Made by a program: the position numbers and the translations under genes. From Zestosphaera tikiterensis (GTDB taxonomy: Archaea; Thermoproteota; Thermoprotei_A; Sulfolobales; NBVN01), in NCBI GenBank assembly GCA_003056265.1, contig NBVN01000018.1, positions 1 through 7,398 on the forward strand: a DNA stretch of 7,398 nt. The letters are read 5' to 3'. Below the pieces are notes generated by a model. That model was given only the letters and a program-made list of their open reading frames with translations. It made no database searches and was not told the DNA's origin. Shown here in pieces: positions 5,898-7,398 of this stretch (position 1 is the first letter of the stretch; each line of letters begins with the position of its first letter).

Positions 5898-6518
5898 TCA
5901 AGTGAATCTCTCAAGAACGATTGCCTCTAAACTTCTTCCATAGAGTGGTGACGTAGGGTTATCCACCCCAAGATACTCATAAAGAAGTCCAACTTCAGAA
6001 CCTGTAAGTATAAATGAGATGTTATCGTCGTAATCGTAAGCATGAGCTAATGCGTCGAGAAATATCCTCCCACGCGGACCTCTAAAACACTGAGCTTCAT
6101 CTACAGCTATTATAACCCTCCTCATATTTAAATAGTCGAAAAGAACAGAGAGTGAAATAGCGTCCCTACCCTTCCACGACAGCTCTACTTCAAAACCAGC
6201 AATTTTCAAACCTTTAACAACCTTTAAAACGTCCTTCATCCCCTCAACAAACCCCTTACGGGACATACCGCTTGAAAAAACCGAATATAAATCCCTCAAA
6301 CCATAGTTAGGCGGTAAACTACGAGCATCTACCAACACATACGGCACATCAACTTCATTGAGGAAAACCTTAAGAACGCTTGTCTTACCAATTCTTCTCA
6401 CACCAGTTAAAGCTATCATAGGCTTCATCTCATCAACAGCCTTACGCAGCCTTTCCAACTCCCCCTCCCTATCAAAAAGTTCTTCCCTCGTAGACTTAGG
6501 TCTTGGATCAAATAACAT
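5898..6518 (-). CDS. N-terminal P-loop half of the archaeal ATPase (PF01637-type, STAND/AAA-like), ending at the in-frame TGA at 5898-5900
   Basis: The N-terminus follows the family pattern: FDPRP...REELFDREGELERL, then Walker A-like LTGVRRIGKTSV, then Walker B-like VIIAVDEAQ. The ORF stops at ...IVLERFT-TGA. Family members normally continue with ...EFL..GF.E., and that sequence follows here in frame. Confidence 0.8.
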   Translation of the reverse strand: MLFDPRPKSTREELFDREGELERLRKAVDEMKPMIALTGVRRIGKTSVLKVFLNEVDVPYVLVDARSLPPNYGLRDLYSVFSSGMSRKGFVEGMKDVLKVVKGLKIAGFEVELSWKGRDAISLSVLFDYLNMRRVIIAVDEAQCFRGPRGRIFLDALAHAYDYDDNISFILTGSEVGLLYEYLGVDNPTSPLYGRSLEAIVLERFT

Positions 6519-6534
6519 AGTTCACCCCCTGAAC

Positions 6535-6540
6535 TATATA
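6535..6540 (-). promoter_or_regulatory. Candidate TATA box of the ATPase gene, flanked by TCACCCC(C/T)TGAAC repeats
   Basis: The tatata box is centred about 20 nt upstream of the ATG at 6518, giving a leaderless or near-leaderless transcript. It is bracketed by gttcaccccctgaac (6520-6534, itself GTTCA-N5-TGAAC) and tcaccccttgaacc (6541-6554). Confidence 0.35.
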
Positions 6541-6720
6541 TCACCCCTTGAACCATTTAAGCATTTACCAAATAAAAGTACAACAGCCAGGTTTAATCCC
6601 GAGGTCTTTAGCTTGAAACCAGAACAATATGAAAGTTATACAAAGTACTACAAAGTTGTAAATGCTCATACTTTAATGAACTTAAATCCCTAACTTCAGA
6701 AGAGATTCTCAGACATACAT

Positions 6721-6766
6721 AAAGGAGTCTAGAAGGAGTCTAGATATATTCTTAGGCATATCTAGA
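6721..6766. repeat. Tandem 11-mer AAGGAGTCTAG x2 followed by a 9-bp inverted repeat TCTAGATAT-N10-ATATCTAGA, giving three TCTAGA palindromes
   Basis: Read directly from the sequence. The 11-mers are at 6721-6731 and 6732-6742. The inverted-repeat arms are at 6738-6746 and 6757-6765. The TCTAGA sites start at 6727, 6738 and 6760, so the spacings are 11 and 22 bp. Confidence 0.6.
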
Positions 6767-6930
6767 TGGTAGCAATACGTCGCTCAAATAACTCACTCCA
6801 ATATAAAATCCATAATTTGACAAGTTTAAACTTTTCCACTCCATCACTTCAAACCGTCGAAATAAATATTTAAGTTGTTCTTTTACTTTCATCGTCGATA
6901 GGAGTATTACGTGTTTAATTTTATGTCTGG

Positions 6931-7398
6931 TTATTTCCTCGTCTTTGCTATGGCTAGTACGGCGATTATCGCTACCGCCGCTACCGCGGCACCTACGGCG
7001 GCTTCTGTAGGTATTGCTGTGGGCGTTGCGTATTCTACGACTACCGTTAGGTTAGGTAGGTCAGCAACCCTCACTTGAGATGTTGGGGTGCCGTTCTTCA
7101 TTACCTTGACTCCCGGCTCCGCCTTCACGGCTACTGTGGTGTTGAGTAGCTCCTCCTTCTTAACTGCTGAGGCTAATTCACGCCATGCGTTGTGAAGCTC
7201 TACTAACGTATCGGCGACTGTGCCTCCCTTCTTCACGAACTTCGGCGTCTCCACCTTAACCGTTAAGGTCTTCAAGACTGGGTCGGTTACTACGCTTAAC
7301 GTCATGCGTGAGGGCAGAAGCTTAAACCTACCGACTACGTCGGCTACCTTGCTTAGGTAATCCGCCCCTAGTTGCTGAGTTGCTGGTTGTGTGCTTCC
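6931..7398 (-). CDS. C-terminal part of an extracellular protein with a C-terminal transmembrane anchor (partial; 5' end lies outside the window)
   Basis: - The tracked ORF runs 6931-7305, but the frame has no stop codon up to the window edge (…GSTQPATQQLGADYLSKVADVVGRFKLLPSR-MTLSV…). The gene therefore probably begins beyond 7398.
- The C-terminus has a Thr/Pro-rich linker (YATPTAIPTEA), a hydrophobic helix (AVGAAVAAVAIIAVLAIA) and a basic tail (KTRK).
- This is the classic archaeal C-terminal anchor of surface, S-layer-associated or solute-binding proteins. Confidence 0.6.
   Translation of the reverse strand, partial: GSTQPATQQLGADYLSKVADVVGRFKLLPSRMTLSVVTDPVLKTLTVKVETPKFVKKGGTVADTLVELHNAWRELASAVKKEELLNTTVAVKAEPGVKVMKNGTPTSQVRVADLPNLTVVVEYATPTAIPTEAAVGAAVAAVAIIAVLAIAKTRK

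Noticed and set aside
6358-6693. 111-aa plus-strand ORF spanning the ATPase 5' end and the spacer
   Set aside because: The first half is antisense to the ATPase P-loop region and is Ser/Leu-rich. No promoter or motif supports it. The remainder simply runs on through AT-rich spacer.
1-7398. CRISPR arrays, tRNA/rRNA genes, IS elements or integrases
   Set aside because: No regularly spaced direct repeats, no cloverleaf-compatible segments, and no transposase- or integrase-like ORFs were found on either strand.

Overview
The window reads as an AT-rich segment of a hyperthermophilic archaeal chromosome. It is probably crenarchaeal and Thermoproteales-like. That placement is an inference from TATA boxes sitting about 25 nt from start codons, a PF01637-type archaeal ATPase, a vapBC pair, and GC-rich islands in AT-rich spacers.

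Gene order:
- MFS transporter (+)
- GC-rich structured element R1 (probably -)
- secreted TasA/camelysin-like protein fused to a C-terminal jelly-roll/CBM-like domain (+)
- second, paralogous GC-rich element R2 (probably -)
- fumarylacetoacetate-hydrolase-family enzyme (+)
- decayed fragment of an archaeal-ATPase paralog (-)
- vapBC toxin-antitoxin pair (-)
- archaeal ATPase with a DUF234-like C-terminal region, broken by a single in-frame TGA (-)
- a 410-bp spacer with phased TCTAGA sites
- the 3' part of a C-terminally membrane-anchored surface protein that runs off the window (-)

Most interesting:
1. R1 and R2 form a pair of divergent but clearly related 225-250 nt elements. Each has its own TATA box, a conserved 5' end, a closing helix with a compensatory change, and several hairpins. 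I could not assign them to any known RNA family by eye.
2. The TasA-like pilin/fibre domain carries a lectin-like C-terminal domain.
3. The ATPase gene is interrupted by one TGA, and a paralog fragment carries a sense codon at that same position.

No CRISPR array, tRNA, rRNA or transposase was seen.
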